A stretch of DNA of 62,641 bases, counting the filler, from Choristocarpus tenellus KU-1152 (Eukaryota; Protista; Phaeophyceae): assembly GCA_964200185.2 (NCBI GenBank). It is 12 parts of 12 records of this genome, joined end to end, with 100 filler letters (N's around TTAATTAATTAA, not from the genome) between each part and the next. Parts side by side here need not be neighbours in the genome. Positions count along the whole stretch, not along the records: positions 23,282 to 26,627 come from CAXNAD020020660.1; positions 26,728 to 36,348 come from CAXNAD020003526.1; positions 36,449 to 43,027 come from CAXNAD020007832.1; 9 more parts are not named here. One strand, 5' to 3'. The notes beneath the pieces are model-generated. The model did not search any database, was not told the DNA's origin, and saw nothing but the letters and a program-made list of their open reading frames with translations. This document shows, piece by piece, positions 26,107 to 38,156 of the stretch. The position numbers were made by a program, and so were the translations under genes. Position 1 is the stretch's first letter, and each line of letters opens with the position of its first letter.

Positions 26107-26605
26107 GAGTTGAAGTATCTTAACTAGGGTAGAGCCGTGTCCATTTGGGGGCAAAAATCCAATGTTACGATTTTGATGTAATTTTGGCTATTATTTTTGT
26201 TTGGAAGTATCAAAACCCTTGTTCCAGTCATATACATGATACCTACCTCAAAATGTACACATTTTACCTACTCCAAAACATTTCGGAAGAGGAAAATGTA
26301 ATAATAAAGACGTGGGAAGCCAAGCCCCAAACGGACAAAATGGGAAAAACTCATACCCTCTAGGGTCAAAGTACCTGGGGAGGGGTGCCGGCGTCCATTT
26401 TTGACCCTGGCTCGAAGTATCTAGGGGGGGTGGCGGCTGTCCGTTTGGGGTCAATTTTTTCAAGTCGCGATTTTTGGGTGATTTGGTTCCATACGTTGGA
26501 TGAATAATGAATGTGCACTTTTCTTGGTTTTGGACCAAATGGACACTCTGGTGTAGACCCCCCCCCCCCCCCCAGATACTTTGGGTCTCTAAGATACTCT
26601 CACTC
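26107..26605 (-). mobile_element. MITE family A interrupted in its TIR by a family B copy
   Basis: Family A runs to TACCCTCTA (26362) and resumes TCTAAGATACTCTCACTC (26588-26605). Confidence 0.85.
26363..26587 (+). mobile_element. MITE family B, full copy (225 bp)
   Basis: GGGTCAAAGTACCTGGGG...CCCCAGATACTTTGGGTC; 4-bp TSD TCTA. Confidence 0.9.
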
Positions 26606-27084
26606 TCTTGATTCAACTTCCTTGCATNNNNNNNNNNNNNNNNNNNNNNNNNNNNNNNNNNNNNNNNNNNNTTAATTAATTAANNNNNNNNNNNNNNNNN
26701 NNNNNNNNNNNNNNNNNNNNNNNNNNNATGGGGGAGTGTGCAAAATAGGACAATAGTGAAGTGTACCTTATTTTGTGTATATGAGATTGTTGTGTTGAAT
26801 TGAGTCCATGTGATGTAACTAATAAAACATTACATCCAGATTATGTATGGAATTATGTATTTGTATTTATTCTGCATTCAACTAACTTTGACATGACCGT
26901 TGACTCAGATAGGAAGCACAAATAAATAATAAATAAGCAATTAGAAGAGACCACACAGAGGGCACTCTTCCAATTACAACAATGTAATCACGTTCAGCAA
27001 AGGGGGTCGTGTGAGGTTTCACACTCTCTTATCTTCACTACTGAGAAATAGCATTACCTCCCAAGGTAATTTGCACAATGTGTA

Positions 27085-27265
27085 CCCCTAGAGTGCATCT
27101 GGCAGAGCCTCTTCGCAGTGTACATTGAAGTGCTGGGGTGTAAGGGTGACAATATCTTTAAAATTCCCAATCTCAGCAAGGGAAAGGCCGAGAAGGTGGG
27201 CAGGCTCCTCCCGAATGCCCTGTTGGATGTGGCGAAATACTATGCTGGAATTGAGTTTTTTAAGG
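27085..27265 (+). mobile_element. Tc1/mariner (DD37-39D type) transposase C-terminal relic
   Basis: TLECIWQSLFAVYIEVLGCKGDNIFKIPNLSKGKAEKVGRLL resembles the GGNxYKIPH.K..L...G.LP end motif. Confidence 0.7.
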
Positions 27266-28847
27266 GTTTCAGGGGTGGAATCATAGATAGGTGTAGGCTG
27301 CACCATTTTGCCTGAGATTTTGGTGGGCGAACTTCTAGTGTCTGCACAATATAACGATAAAATATGAACATGTGAAAAAATCTTGCTTCATCATGGCTGC
27401 AAGAGTGATATTATGTTTAACCCCGAGCAGAGGAAGTCTCTACTTCTTTAGTATTTCCTCTTCCTTGTCGATGCCTCCTTAATACCAATGTGATTATGTC
27501 AGAGTCGTAACAGCACTCACGATAAAGAGGTCTCCTGTGCTAACTCTCTGGTCCACATAATCAGGCAATCGAGAAGAGGCTTGATGAGCTCAGACTTGTG
27601 CCGTCTAAGGGAAATAACCGGATCTTGCCAGTACTAATTTAATTCAAGTAGATGCCATTCTGAACCTTTCGTGTGGCGAGTAAGTATCCATGGAGACCAA
27701 TAGTAAGAGGGACGCTTGAGGCATTGACTAAGTGTTGAAGCAACTGGTTGTGAAAAAATATTTGTGTAAGAAAGTAGATATTCATGTGACCTCTTTGCAT
27801 AACCTCATCACTTGAAACATCATACAACTATGGCCTATATCAACATGTATTGGTAGGTACGCTTCTGTTTGTGATTTCCCTTGTTGTTTCACTAATTGAG
27901 GACTGTTAGTGTCATAGTGTTTTATAGATAGTTATTCTCATCACAACAGCGTCTTTTCCCTCCTCCATTTTCTCTAAAAAATATCCAATGTTACAGACCA
28001 CACTTGGAGAAATGGGAGTGGGATATCAAGGACTTGCAGGCAAGTTGAAGTAGGTATTTCATTTTTCACCACCTGTAGGCACTGACGAAAACCCAGTACA
28101 CAATTGTGACCCTTATGATCCCTACAGAAGGGGCACATTCACTCCCTGTTGCTTTTGAAATGTGCATATGTACATTTTCAGCTTGCCTGAGGCAATGCTT
28201 TGCCATTCTCTCATTTTTTTGCCTACAGGGTCACATGCAACAAAAGCGTGCAATTCATCCCACCCACTCCCTCCAATGTGCCTTCCACAAAAAAAGCAAA
28301 TACTCTATACGCACTCCAATGGTATGACATGAAACTTAAGAAAACTCTACACATCACTTAACACTGAAGAAACGGTATCACAAGAGACTTACTGAACGAA
28401 AGTGACATCCCAAGCACCAGCCTGAGAATAGTATCTACTTTCAATTGTCTCTGCCCAAAGCGTCCAGGTCTAAACAAGGCTTCATGCACCATTCAGTAGG
28501 CCATTCTAGACTAAGTTCACAAAAGAAAAATGCAAGGGTAAAACTTCAGTAGGTTATTGCATCTCATTCACTCCGCACAAAATGCTGCCAGTATTGTACC
28601 TGATTCCTCCCCCCTCTCCCTGCCCAGTGCATATTTGAAACCACAAATGAATCCATGACTAACACTGTACCAATCCAACATAACCAAACTTGGTCCCAAA
28701 TCCCTTGCTTCAGTCCTCCCACCCTTCTCTTGGCTCTCTTGGGTGCATGGTCCACAGCCTCTTCTCACTATTGCCCCATTGTGCTACTTGTGACAGAATT
28801 AAATCTATACAGACCCCAAAATTTGCGTTTCTTTTCACATTATCCTC

Positions 28848-31800
28848 CTAGATTTTTGTGTCAGTCTGACAAACAGTATCTGATTTCTCTTCAAATAAGG
28901 GAGCATCATTATCATTTCCACTGTTAACACTGCCACCAATGGAGGGCCTGATGGGTGAGATCATATTGCGTGAATGAGAGCCAGCATCTGCTTCTCCTAC
29001 TCCTGGAGATCCTTCAGATGATTTCCTTTCATCGTCATCCTTACCATCATCATGCACACTAATGATACTGTTGCCTATTGTTGTGGAGAGACAGTTGCTC
29101 GAGCGCATCGAGTTGATCTCCAAATGCTGTGGCAGCACTCTCTTCTTTGGCTCCAGAGATCTGCCAAACATGCGATAGGAGCATTCCAATATTTTACTAG
29201 TTATTTTGATTCAATACGAAGTTAGCACTTAGCTACAATGCCACAGTAAGTCTTCTAATTATTATACTACGACTCCACATGTAAAACTGACAATTTAATA
29301 TCATGAATGGCGGATAGCAATTTCTATGAACCAGTCTGTCAAAGACATATGGCGAAGGATAAGTTGATCATCACACTATGTCATTAGTTCATACGATTTA
29401 CAGGAGAAAGGCAAGTTAGAATCAGGTATAAAATGCACATTACTAATGTAGTTAGATCATTTGTTAATAAAAAAAGCCCGCCACTCACTCTCGAAATTTG
29501 ACAGAAAAGAGGAAGGGTTGGAATATATAATGCTACAAAAACCAAGAGACATATTCTAAGCAGAAAGTATAGTAAGATTGTCACATTTCATTTGAAAATA
29601 ATTGCCACTTCCAAGAGTTTTTTTTCCTCCTCGCTATTATTCTCAACACTCAACCACAATACCATTCTCTCCTCAATGATCCATCAAGTTATGGAAGGTA
29701 ATTTTAAAAACAAACTCCTTGGGGATAAAGGAAATGCAAATAGAAAATTTTTAATAATTATACAGTCTTAAAATATTATTATTACAGTTTTGACCAAAAA
29801 GTAATTCTCAAAATTAAACAAAGATAATTATTTTCTAGACCATCTATATACAGTTGGAGGATAGTATGGCCCCTTTCTACCAATTCCCTAACCCTAGGAG
29901 AAATATACCCGTGCCTTCTTTACATATGTAAAGGTTTCATTGGTTTTCCCCCTGACATATCTGCAAAATGTCAGAGGGCATAATAATAATAATAAATAAT
30001 GATTGAAATGAGCAATTTTGAAACAGGCATTATACGCGTAGCACCATAATTCCATGAAGATGATCAAAATATCTGTCAAAAAGAAGGAATTGAATTGGTA
30101 TGTCCAGTTGATAGTGGAGGAAAACTCACTGATAGGATGGAGGATATTGTTGGACCACAGTTGCTTTTGATAACTAATAATTTGTCATTATAAAATAGCG
30201 CCTACTATGATAAAATATGTAAAGTCTCTTCTTCTACACGAAGTATTACTTGGGATGTTTCTAACCTTAAAGTATTTATCTAAGCCAAACAAAGGTGACA
30301 CTGAAATATCCTTACAAAAAAAGCCCAGAAAATGAAATGCAAACAATAACAATGGTCTTGCGACTGTTGCTGCTTAATTTGCAGTTATCTACGGGGTCTG
30401 GAACTTACCTGGCAACAGAAAAATCCTATTGATAAAAATAACTTACAATTGAATTTGATTTCAGTACCTTGTAAATAAAGAGATGCTTGACATGGTTAAA
30501 AAAAAATCTAATACTCAAAATAGCGGATTGAATGTCAATCAATATTTTTGTATTTCATTGACGATTTGTTTATATATTAAAACCGTCAGCTGAAGTACTT
30601 GTGCATTCTTCAATAGATGTAGATATACCTGATATTAAACCAGGTCAAACTATTTCTTCCTGTCACACAAACAAGCCTTGCCATCTTACCAGCCATACTG
30701 AGCTGTGCTAATAAAACCTAACATTACAACTAATGATTATTTAGGAATAGTGTGCAATAAAAATATATTGTGGGAGTGTGATAGGAGATGTTACATTGGG
30801 AACAGATTGCATCCTATTGACACAAGCCAAAAAATAGAATTGGTGTCTTATTGAATGATAACTTAAATTAGACACTCCTGCTTATTATTATTGCAAACCC
30901 TTCACCTTGAGGTTTTGATCTTCAGACCAGCTTGAACATGACCACGTCTAGCAAATCGATAAAGTAGTAAGGAAATCACAGCCACACCAAGGTGGAGGAT
31001 GAAAATGCCTCCTACGGAATTGAGGCTGACTGCACCCTCAAACTCGCTGGTGCTGGAGGTGGCAGTGCAGGTAGCAGTGGAGAGAGAGGCCAACATATCT
31101 GTCCAGTGCTCCATGATCACCTCTTCCTCATACAGCTGCAAGGAGCGAGAGAGCACCAGATATAGATTTGTGTGTGTAGGGAGAGGGCAAGGTGGAACCA
31201 ACAATCCATTTGTCTCAAGTGCTCTAATCAAAATAGACCAATTATAGGCCAACCCTTACTCACTGCTACTACTGGAGCGAGTCTGTGGGGTGTACTCATG
31301 AACAGGTTACATTATAATGACCATATTGCTGGTGAAGGTACATATCCGTCATCCTGTAGGACTGCAAAACTGAAAAATAAGGGTGAGAATCAAAAGCCCC
31401 TTGTACACCAAAACCGTGAATTTCATCCTCTAGAAGGAGTGGCAGTGCCATTGAGCTTGATGTTGAAGCTGAAAAGAAAGCACCTGACCCTTTTCACCCT
31501 TTTCACCTCAGTCATGAGAACCGAAAGTGTATGTGAGACCAGACTGCCGCAAAGCTGTTGAGTATCCTGCACAGTTCAGAGTGCATCATTGGGGTCAGGT
31601 GGAGCGACAGTCCATCAGTGTGAGCAACACATAGAGGAGGACTCTCTGCTTCCATTATGTTGAGATATTTTATAGATTGAATGACACACATGTACAAGAA
31701 CAAAGTTATCAAGTGTTGGCTGGCACCTTCACACCACGTGTCCTGGCCAACGGCATTGCAAGCAGGGAAAACTAAGGCAGGGGAGCAAGCAAAGCTGTAC

Positions 31801-34800
31801 ACTGAAAAAGTAGAAGTAAAAGACCAAGAAAGTTCAAAATTCCCACTGCCCCCCCACTCATTTCATACTTTCTGTATTAATTTGTACAAGCTACCATAGC
31901 TCGCAGATGATTGAATGCTACTAATCGAACATTTCAAATCTTGCTACATATGCGGATCCATAAACCTTCAACATGTGGTTCAGACTTCTGCTCTTTCTAC
32001 ACCGCCCTATCACCAACAGTCCAACTTAGCTCCAACACTGACAACATACTCAGCTCAAAAAACCAAGGGCAGCATGACAATATGGGTCCACTATAAAAGA
32101 TACTGAGGTCATGTCAGTATGGAGATGTTAAAGCCAATCAGGCACACGTGAGTGCACGTGTGTGTGTTTAGGAGTCCAGACCTGACCCACAACGTAGGAT
32201 CCTCCCCAAGAAGTGAATGTACTCCCCACCACCTCTACATCGCAGTCCGGGTTTAGATCCTGTTTTTAATGTCAAAAGGATGCAAGACAGTGTTCAGAGG
32301 GTCTTGTTTTGGATATACAGCACCAAGTGTATTTTGCATAGCAATTTCACACACAGCCAACATGAATGCAAATCAATATATAGCTGAAAACAACAAGCAG
32401 ATGCACGGCTAGATCCAAAGTCTGTAGAGCAGTTAATGGAAGGTATCCAAACATATTCCTATCGTATTACTTTATCGCATCTGCACATATCTGTATTACA
32501 CCAGTCCAGTTGCCTAGATCCAAAAATGCTGAGCATAATCAGATCCATAGCCGAACCCTCACCCCACCCCCTCTTGTCAATCATTCAAAATCTCGCAGGA
32601 ACCAACCTCAGAGATGACCCACAGTTCAAACTCTCCCCTTCCTGCGACCAGTACCAAGCACTCCCCATTGCGGAGCATGGGAAACATGTCGTCTTCATTT
32701 ATCTCCAATATATTAGCTTTTGGATATCGGAACTTCAACATATCAACAGCGGCAGCTCCTCTGTGACATGTCAGTGTATTTGAAAAACAGCATGCATTAC
32801 GTAGGCAAGGGTTACCTATATGTCAAACCAGTGACGGTCAATAGCTTCCCTTTACCCTGTGTTGGTTATGCCTTGAAATGGGGGCACAATAAATTTCTCT
32901 ACCATTCATTTACCCTACCATGAGAGGTGTCTGTACATATATACAGACACCACAAACACAAAATGCTTGCCACCCTGATCTACTGTTGGATAAAGTACAT
33001 CATTGCTCTCCCATAATTCACCAACATGGTCATATTTCTTCACCACTTTTCCCACTTGCCCTGTCCTACAACCCTACATCCCCCCTCAAGATAATCCACC
33101 ACATCTTACCTTCGTGCACAGATAACTCCCTCCTGGGTCACGGCGTCCATAATGCCTTTCACACTTGATGTTGTTTCTGTCTCCTTTGCGAGATATGATG
33201 TCAACTCAGCTGTGTAGGTGGTGAAGACAACAAGAACTACCATTGACCATGAAAACACAACAAGGCGACCCACTGGGGAAACTGGTTCCCAATTTCCAGA
33301 CTGTAGATCAAAGTGTTAGGGTCATGATGCGAGAGATATGGTCAACAGTGAAATTTGGGGGGAATTCTTCTAGTCCTGATCATTATCTCACAACGCACAA
33401 GAAACAGCAATGCCACAATACACATATGTAGCTGAGGACATAACACTACACCAATATGGAAGTACACCAATGAGCTCAATCACATCTTTCAGTTCAAGTC
33501 AAGGGAGATTTGGTAGCAAAATTACCATGTGTCGACCACAGGTGATCAATGACCTTGCATTTTGTCTTTAAATGTGATGTGAGGAGTTGGGTACGTGGGC
33601 ATACTTGCCTGCGAGAAGAGGCTGCCCCCGGAATAGAGCGATCTTCCAACACCCTCCAAAATGTTGTGTGAGGAGTGACCGGGGAACATATCTTCGTTTT
33701 TTTTCCGCTCCAAAACCCACACCAGAATGGCAGTGAACAATGTTCCTGCCATGAGCATAATCCAGACCTACAAACCAGATACTCTCCAATCAGAAAGAGA
33801 GCGTATAACTTCAATCCAGCAGGCGTGAGGATGCTCCTTTCATGCTGTGATACAATAGTCCAGCAATGTGCATTTGTTATTCTTAATGTGCACGACAAAT
33901 GACGATTCATTACTCGATATCATTATGACATAGAAAGCACCATTAATGACAGCTTGGAAATTTCCGTTGCTCAAATATCTTGGAGCGCTCATGGTGTCTC
34001 ATGCAATGCTGTTTCCAAGTGCTTTTGTCAAAACGATACACAAGGTGACTGGATCGGTCTGGACCACTACCTTAGGAGTGTAGCAACTGAAGAGCAGAGA
34101 AATTACCGTAGTTAGAAGGAAGACCATTACATTGCTTTGTCTCATCTCCACAGCAAGAGGTGCCACAATCACATTGAGGGCATCAAATACTTTACTGCAA
34201 GCACTACTGTTATCATGGGTTTATTCAGTTCTCACATTCGCCGTGAATGGTTTCAGGAACAGGAACAACTGCTGCTCGAAGTGTTCAGATGCAGGCTGGA
34301 AATGAGCTGCTGTTTGAAGACTCGTGTCTACAACTGCAAGGGTTGGCATGGTCACAGCAGTGGTGTATTTAAATCGTCAAGAAGTTATTAATTGAAATAG
34401 TCAAATGCAGTTGATCTATTGAAGTAGAAGTTGACACGGCATATAGTAGGCAATCTTGAAAATACATCCAACCAGGTTGGCAGCCTGTGTCAAAGTAACC
34501 CATCAACCCTACATAGCAGTTAAAAGTGCGATCAAACAAAATCTTTGGTTTACACCACCCCCTTTCAACCAACAACAGGTATATAGCGCGTCGCATCTCA
34601 CACTGGAAGGGGAAGAGCGCCCCAGCAGACCTGCGGGCAGCTGTGTCTACAAACCAAACCCCAACCATGTCCACCTTGGCGAAGACACGAAAAAGCCATG
34701 AACTCCAATCCTCCCCGTTTTCGAGGAGGGGATGCTCAAATGCCACAGGGAGCACATTGAATCCTCCACGCAAAGCCACATCGTGAAGCAAGTTCACCTA

Positions 34801-35220
34801 TAGATTAGGGGTAGGCATAACAGAACGCTGATGATATATTATCTCAGGAATAACCCTGTCTCTATCCACTATTCCGTCTTTGCTTGATTCCATCAAACCC
34901 ACCTGGAATCCACCGATAAATTCCTTGTGACCTTCGTCATAGTTCATCCAATTCACATCGAAACCTTTGTCCATCGCAACAGAGACGTTAGTGCCGCGAA
35001 GGGCATCTCTCAGTGACTTCCGTCCCTCTGCCACGTCCAGTGCCACGGCACACCAGTCATGCTTATACGATGTCGTAGTGTCCCACTGCTCAGACAACGT
35101 CGGGTGGACTGTAGGCAAGAATGTTGTAAGTGTGAAGTCGCCATGGTCAGCGCTTCCCCTCCACCACCACAGAGCCCAGATGAGAAGGGTTCGAAGTGCT
35201 GGACAAAACCTTGGCAACAT
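28848..35220 (-). CDS. Ionotropic glutamate receptor-like (GLR/iGluR) ligand-gated channel, 598 aa, ATD-less
   Basis: Ten phase-consistent exons: 35220-34903, 34797-34602, 34333-34236, 33767-33609, 33300-33110, 32760-32607, 32259-32182, 31566-31507, 31135-30906 and 29160-28848 (1797 nt). Signal peptide, S1 (WFVDTAARR), pre-M1 FLKPF, M1 (VWVLER), M2, M3 (GRLVVFSWSMVVLVVFTTYTAELTSYL), S2 (NPDCDVEVVG), M4 (VSLNSVGGIFILH). Confidence 0.9.
29932..30000 (+). mobile_element. CRE LINE extreme 3' tail inside GLR intron 9
   Basis: TTTCATTGGTTTTCCCCTGACATATCTGCAAAATGTCAGAGGGCA(TAA)n. Degenerate copies also at ~45100-45150, ~45645-45710 and ~62470-62522. Confidence 0.75.
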
Positions 35221-35597
35221 TGTGTCACGACGTCAATTAAAGGAATATCCAGTAGCTTTACATAACCTCACCTGGTTACAACGTAGTTTGTGGTTGCATA
35301 TTTATAGTCAGTTGAAGATGTTCTTTCTGACGAAGAGTGAGCTCTTAAATTGTTAATGTTTGTTGGTGGGAGGAAATGGCTTCGAACTGGTCAAAATACC
35401 ACCACATCATTATGTATCAAAACTTCTACTCGTATAAGAATTATGTTGGTGAATTAGAACAGTATGTAGTTTGAAGTTTGAAGTATAACTATGAACTATT
35501 ATGATATTGGATTACCTTTTCTCTTGATATTCCTACAAAATATGAGAAAAGGATAGGGGCGAAAACGGGGGGTCAAAATAATCTTAAGAACAACGCC

Positions 35598-35760
35598 AGT
35601 GGCACTGTCAAGACGTCATTTTAAGCTTGAGACACCAGGGAGATGGGCACAGAGGGGTTTGTTGGATTTTTAGGATGCCTCCCTACCTCCTCATTCTGCG
35701 GTGCAGAAATAGGTAGATAGGAGGCATAGGAAGGTAGTGGTACAATATAGATAGTGAAAT
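35598..35760 (+). mobile_element. CRE LINE 3' fragment
   Basis: GTGGCACTGTCAAGACGT...AGGGAGATGGGCAC... aligns to 48159-48320. Confidence 0.7.
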
Positions 35761-36204
35761 AACAAATAAGACCCATCTTCCGCAGAAGGTATACCCTGAA
35801 GATAACCTATCTTGAAGATTCCGATGTTCGTATAACATTTGTTTTTCCATATTCAAGGTAACATCTGCTTGAAGTAAGATCGGGTGGTTTGGAGTGACCT
35901 TGCCAACCCCCCCCCTCATTCAGTTACCACTGGAACACTCGTTTCCCGAGTGATCTTCTGAGGAAGGGGTTGCTCTCCCTCTTGACTTGTCTCTCTCTTT
36001 GACCTTGCCTCCTGTGCGTGTTCCCTCTCCCCTTCATTACAAAGAACCTATGGGCTTGTTTCCATCTGTTTCACATTCTCACATTGATGTATTTTATTTC
36101 TTTAGGGTTTATACTAACATGTGAATAGTTTGCAATACAGTACCTACCCCTATTTTGGGCCAAATATTATGAACCAAATCGAAAAATATGCAATGTTGTA
36201 CAGC

Positions 36205-36348
36205 TTTGTTTTGCTCACGAATTCTGGATTGTTATTATTCTTTTATTTTCTATTTTTGCATTCCTCCCTAATCCTCTCCTCTCCCTATTCTAACCCCCCT
36301 TGTGACCAACCAGGGCAAAACCCCTTTGCCACTGATTTCCAGCCACCC
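36205..36348 (-). repeat. Inverted copy of 36725-36868
   Basis: ~144-bp near-identical reverse complement across the spacer. Confidence 0.9.
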
Positions 36349-36454
36349 NNNNNNNNNNNNNNNNNNNNNNNNNNNNNNNNNNNNNNNNNNNNTTAATTAA
36401 TTAANNNNNNNNNNNNNNNNNNNNNNNNNNNNNNNNNNNNNNNNNNNNGTAGAG

Positions 36455-36770
36455 ACCGGGAATCAGTGGCGAAGGGGTCGCACTGGCTGGTCATCGGATG
36501 GGGGGGGTGACGAGAAATCAGTGGCAAAAGGGGTTTGCCCTGGTTGGTCATCAGAGTTGGGGTGGCTGGAAATAAGTGGCAAAAGGGGTTTGCCCTAGTT
36601 GGTCATCAGAAGTGAGGTGGCTGGAAATCAGGGGCAAAGGGGTTTGCCCTGGTTGGTCGTCAGAGTTGGGGTGGCTGGAAATCAGTGGCAAAAAGGGGTT
36701 TGTCCTGGTTGGTCATTAGAGTTGGGGTGGCTGGAAATCAGTGGCAAAGGGGTTTTGCCCTGGTTGATCA
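36455..36770 (+). repeat. ~55-bp minisatellite, ~5.5 units
   Basis: Unit TGGTTGGTCATCAGAGTTGGGGTGGCTGGAAATCAGTGGCAAAAGGGGTTTGCCC at 36541, 36596, 36650 and 36706. Confidence 0.9.
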
Positions 36771-37414
36771 CAAGGGGGGTTAGAATAGGGAGAGGAGAGG
36801 ATTAGGGAGGAATGCAAAAGTAGAAAATAAAAGAATAATAATAATCCAGAATTCGTGAGCAAAGCAAACCCACTGATTCCGATGAGGAGACGAAGTTGGC
36901 AGAGAAGCGAGAGGTTTCTATGACTCGGTTATCCTTTGGTGGAGACTGGTCTTTTGCGATGACCCGTATCCCGTTTCGGCGTGTGATAACTCTGCCAGCG
37001 AGTCTGAGGAACTTTGTCTCTCCCATCTCACCTGTCCTTATCAACCACTTATAATCCCTTAGCCTATTATATATACTTTGCGTACATACGCGGGCTGACC
37101 CATCAACACAATGGTTCGTTCTATTTTATTTTTGTTCTATCATATCATCACCCTCACTCTGCCTGGCTTAGATGGTGACTTGCTAACACCATATCGGTCA
37201 GATCGATATGATGTATGGCGTCGTTGAGACTCTTTTCAAAAGTTCAGGCTTTTTGGAGGAACAGACAATACACGAGGGCAATCTTCATTCAACCTGCGCA
37301 TATTGTATTCTTAGCACAACCGTACATACGACACGAGAGGGCAACACACTATGTTTTATTGGCTGGTCTCACAGTGGGCAAGGTGCTACATCGGGTTGGC
37401 AAGGAGCAGAGGGA

Positions 37415-37563
37415 GGGTTAAAGTATCTGGGGGGGAGGTGGTTAGTGAGGGGACGTCCGTTTTGTCTCGGACTAGTTGCTCAAAAACAATAGCAATTGCT
37501 GTCTTCAGTCGTGGACGAGTGACGCCCCCACACGTAACACCACCCCCCCAGATACTTTGATGC
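37415..37563. mobile_element. B-type TIR pair with a different interior (family C, ~149 bp)
   Basis: GGGTTAAAGTATCTGGGGGGG...CCCCCCCAGATACTTTGATGC, with a GTCCGTTT box. Confidence 0.7.
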
Positions 37564-38156
37564 AATCACCGTCCTTTTTGATATATTTTGGAATAAAATG
37601 CCTTCAGGACTTACGTTTGGCACTTGAGTGGGTGAAGACTATGTTATTGTGGCTCAGGGAAGTTGTTGTTGGGTTCGAAGTTTGGAGCTGCGATGGTTGC
37701 CACTATTTGGATTGGGTGTGGAAGAGGGGTCATCTGTTGTGAAAATCTCGACTTTTGCTGAAGATGGTGGTACGGAGTACGAGACTCTTCTGTGTCAACG
37801 TAGGTTTAGCAAGGTTTCTGTCAATTGCTCTGCGGTCCGATCAACGCCAAGAGGGGAGGAAAAAGGATTGGGGCATGTCAACAAGAGGGTTGGTGGATAG
37901 TGGCAGAACACACTAATCGAGATGAATTCCACATTGCCATCGTGCCAATGGAAGCATGTGTATGAGGACACATAGGCACAACTTCATCAGGAAGATATTA
38001 AGGATTAATGTACCAAATTTGTAAGTCCGTTGATTTAGAGAACGTCCGACCTATCCAGTACAATATGTCTGTCAAGGCATGTGTCTGATTGACGACGTAG
38101 AGGGTGACTCACTATCAGAAATTGGCCTAGGTTTCTCCTCAAAGTCGTGTCTCTCG

